Source of the DNA: Piedraia hortae CBS 480.64
Lineage: Eukaryota
Direction of reading: 5' to 3'
Assembly (NCBI GenBank): GCA_010093745.1
Contig: MU005957.1
Location: 682,001-726,567, forward strand
Length of the DNA stretch: 44,567 nucleotides
Every line of letters starts with the position of its first letter. Position 1 is the stretch's first letter. This document shows positions 41,965-44,567 of the stretch, piece by piece. Both the position numbers and the translations under genes were made by a program. Below the pieces are notes generated by a model that was not told where the DNA came from, ran no database searches, and worked only from the letters and a program-made list of their open reading frames with translations.

Positions 41965-43207
41965 TCATTCCTTCGCAGGTGGAGGTAAGGGCCGTCGACC
42001 GGCAGTATTGACCCAAGTCTCTGCCGATTCCAGCGTGGCTCGACAAATCTGGCTGACCTGGCCGATCATGTCCAGGCACTCTTGGGCAAATGCCAGCATT
42101 CGACGAGCAGCATGGCCAGAGTTACTCTCACCCGGTTGGCCATCTGCAGCCCTATGCCAGCGTTGCGGAAGAGACATTAGCTGACTTCGCACAAATTCCC
42201 TTGCGTTGCTTGGTAAGGCCCCACCTGCCGAATTGGAAACTGAAGGTACCATATCTTTCAGTGTCTGCCAGATATCATCGCAGTGTTTCTGGATGGTTTC
42301 AGCCAGCCTGCGAGATGCCTCATCTGGCTCTGGATCGTTCTGATGCTGTGACCTCGCTTCGTCGTACTGTTCCAACACCAGCTTCAGTGCATCCGAGACG
42401 GTGGAGATGTGTACCGCACTGCGGCTGAGTATTTGCAGGCAATATGTTAGGCTGTGGCGTGAACATTCGTGTAGGGCTACGCCAAGGCCTGAAGCAGATA
42501 CCATCAGGTTTCGAGACCAGGTTTTTGCAAGCGGCCGTCGTTCGGGGCTTGCCTTTTCGTGATACGAGGGTGGCCTGCTTGTTAACTCGCCATATGACGG
42601 CAAAGAGCCCCGACGGATGTAAGTCCAGTCCACTTCTTCGTCTTCGTCTATCTTGCGCCGCTTGCTCCGTCCGCCTTGTGCTTCATCGCCTGGACGCGCC
42701 TTGGGCGTGAGATACCATCTTGCTACGCTTTCTGCGCCCGTCATGCGGCTGACGCTGCCGACGGCATTCACAACGGGCGATCCGATATTACGCTCGGCAA
42801 GGCTGATGCTAGCCTGTACGAAGGGCGGCGTATATGCCTTGGCGCCCGTGTAGGCCGACATGGAGCCATTGATTGTGCCACCGACCCGCGGATGCGCCTG
42901 GGTTAGCAGTTGCAGCAGAGGCTGCTCCGGCTGGCTGTCGCTTTTCGGTGAGACTGCTTGGTCAGCAAATACGATCTTGTCAAACGTTGTGTATTCATAA
43001 AGGGAAGAAGAACCAACCAGAACTGCCTAGACCAACCAAAGCTTCTGCAACGCTGCGCACGTCGTCGTCGTCGGGCGACGTCCGACTCGTGGGACTGGAC
43101 CAAGCCAGGGACTCCAACCGCGGCAAATGGCGTGCATCATCTTGCAAATCGGATTTCAGAAGCGTCTTCAGAGCCGGCAGCTGAATGGGCCGCTGGCTTT
43201 CCATCAT
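41965..43207 (-). CDS. OPI1: Opi1-family (ccg-8-like) transcriptional regulator, 2 exons
   Basis: DDDDVRSVAEALVGL, intron 42954-43017, then PLLQLLTQAHPRVGGTINGSMSAY, SGLGVALHECSRHSLTYCL, VSNSAGGALPSNAREFVRSQLMSLPQRW and AQECLDMI. Confidence 0.8.
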
Positions 43208-44567
43208 CTGTCTGGCTTTCAACGTTTCCCAACCTTCTGTATCACGCAGGCGTCTTATCACATGTTTGCCAAGCGTTTTCTCTGTTCATGTGCAGGGTTG
43301 ATGGCGTTACAGGGGGTATTCCTTGTTTCGACCAGCCACAGTAACGGCTGTCTTTTCTGTCTGCTCTTTGGGTTCAGATGGGTATCATCGTCGCAAGATG
43401 TTACACAACGGCCATAACGGCGTCCGAGCTCTGTAATTCAATAGCGCGAAAGTGGCTTCCAATCCTTTGCATGCACAATTGCATGTGATGTGACAGTCTG
43501 CCCAATTGGTCTTCGGATTCTGCAGTAATTCAGCCTCGGGCTAAGGTGGTTCGCTTTTTCGACGAATTTTCGGCAAGGATATACATCGTACGGGACAATC
43601 TACATATAGTTGGGTAAGCCAGTCTCTGAGTATGGGAGGAGATACCAGACTAGGAGTCAGGTAGATGAGGTGTAAAGACTTACCCCAACTGTTTCCTGTG
43701 ATTCGTCCTTGACTTAAAAGCATCCAGTGGTAAGACTCTAAGGGTTTGTATAAGTCGTGAAACTGGGAGTCTTAGAATAAAAACTGTCTTCGGGAGCAGG
43801 ATCTCGAATGCTTGCAGCATTATCTGCAGATTGTCTTGCGATTCCGGGACTCAATGTGGACAGGTTGAATACCTTCTTCTGGAACATGCCAGCTTCGATT
43901 CATGTAGAACTAGTTTGAGAGCGTAACCACTCTTCTTCCTGTTGATATTTACGAGGCGAGCGGAGTAGCAGCTTAAAGCGATCCCACATTTCCTCAGGAA
44001 GACGTGACATCTTTGCATTACGTCCCACACAACGATTGGTACGTCATTTTGACATCCTCGCGGATAAACCAAGTCAAGGGAGGGAAGGGAACCCTCCATC
44101 AGATCTATACATAAAAGCTGCAACCACCGCATCTGCCGAAGGCACACGCCCGCATGACCTTGTCATAGTAAGGAAAGACCCCTCTGTATGTTAAGAGACC
44201 CGCGACGCCAGCTAGACGAACGCCAAACTCGTGCTACAGGTTGTGTTTGACAGCCGTGGGGACATCAAAAGGGTGTGAGACTAACCAGCGAGCAGAACGT
44301 ATCCATTGTCACGGAGATGAATTACCTCTTCATCTGCCTTGGAAGTTCTTGCCTAGGATCATGTTACCAGAAAAACTTCATCGATGGGAAGTATTCGCTG
44401 TCTCATCTTCTCTGGAGAGCAAAACTCTCACTGGCATCTAGAGGCCAGCCTTCTCATGAGCTGTCAGACACTTTCTTCGCTGAAATCCTTGCCACCCGAG
44501 TAAAATAGTATTATAATTGTGAGCAGATGTGTACCTGCATACAAATCTCTACGGAAAACTAGTTGAC

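Noticed and set aside
43851..44508. Short ORFs at the right end
   Set aside because: Non-ATG starts, under 100 aa, with no recognisable motifs or splice structure.

Overview
Gene-dense euchromatic window from a filamentous ascomycete. The proteins look Pezizomycotina-like, probably Dothideomycetes (inference). The genome is very compact: introns are mostly 40-53 nt and several intergenic gaps are under 140 bp. About 26 protein-coding loci, mostly housekeeping: HID1 (partial), CID-like protein, TRK1, ADE6, TFC1, RTS1, ELO2, COX6, IMG1, SPE2, POM34, PEX8, SPC3, CDC23, ERG20, RTT109, MRPL15 and an Opi1-like gene. It also carries an intron-containing tRNA-Pro(TGG), a dispersed 5S rRNA gene and a decayed FAD-monooxygenase pseudogene. 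Three observations stand out. (1) A 1.3-kb frameshifted orphan ORF lies between the CDC23 3' end and a diverged, frame-preserved second copy of that 3' end plus UTR, an architecture like gene-tail-replacing selfish elements. (2) The SPE2 leader has a candidate AUU-initiated uORF ending RPP-stop followed by stable hairpins. (3) Repeated C-rich to G-rich strand-skew inversions occur independent of gene orientation. All exon models were read by eye and no database searches were run.
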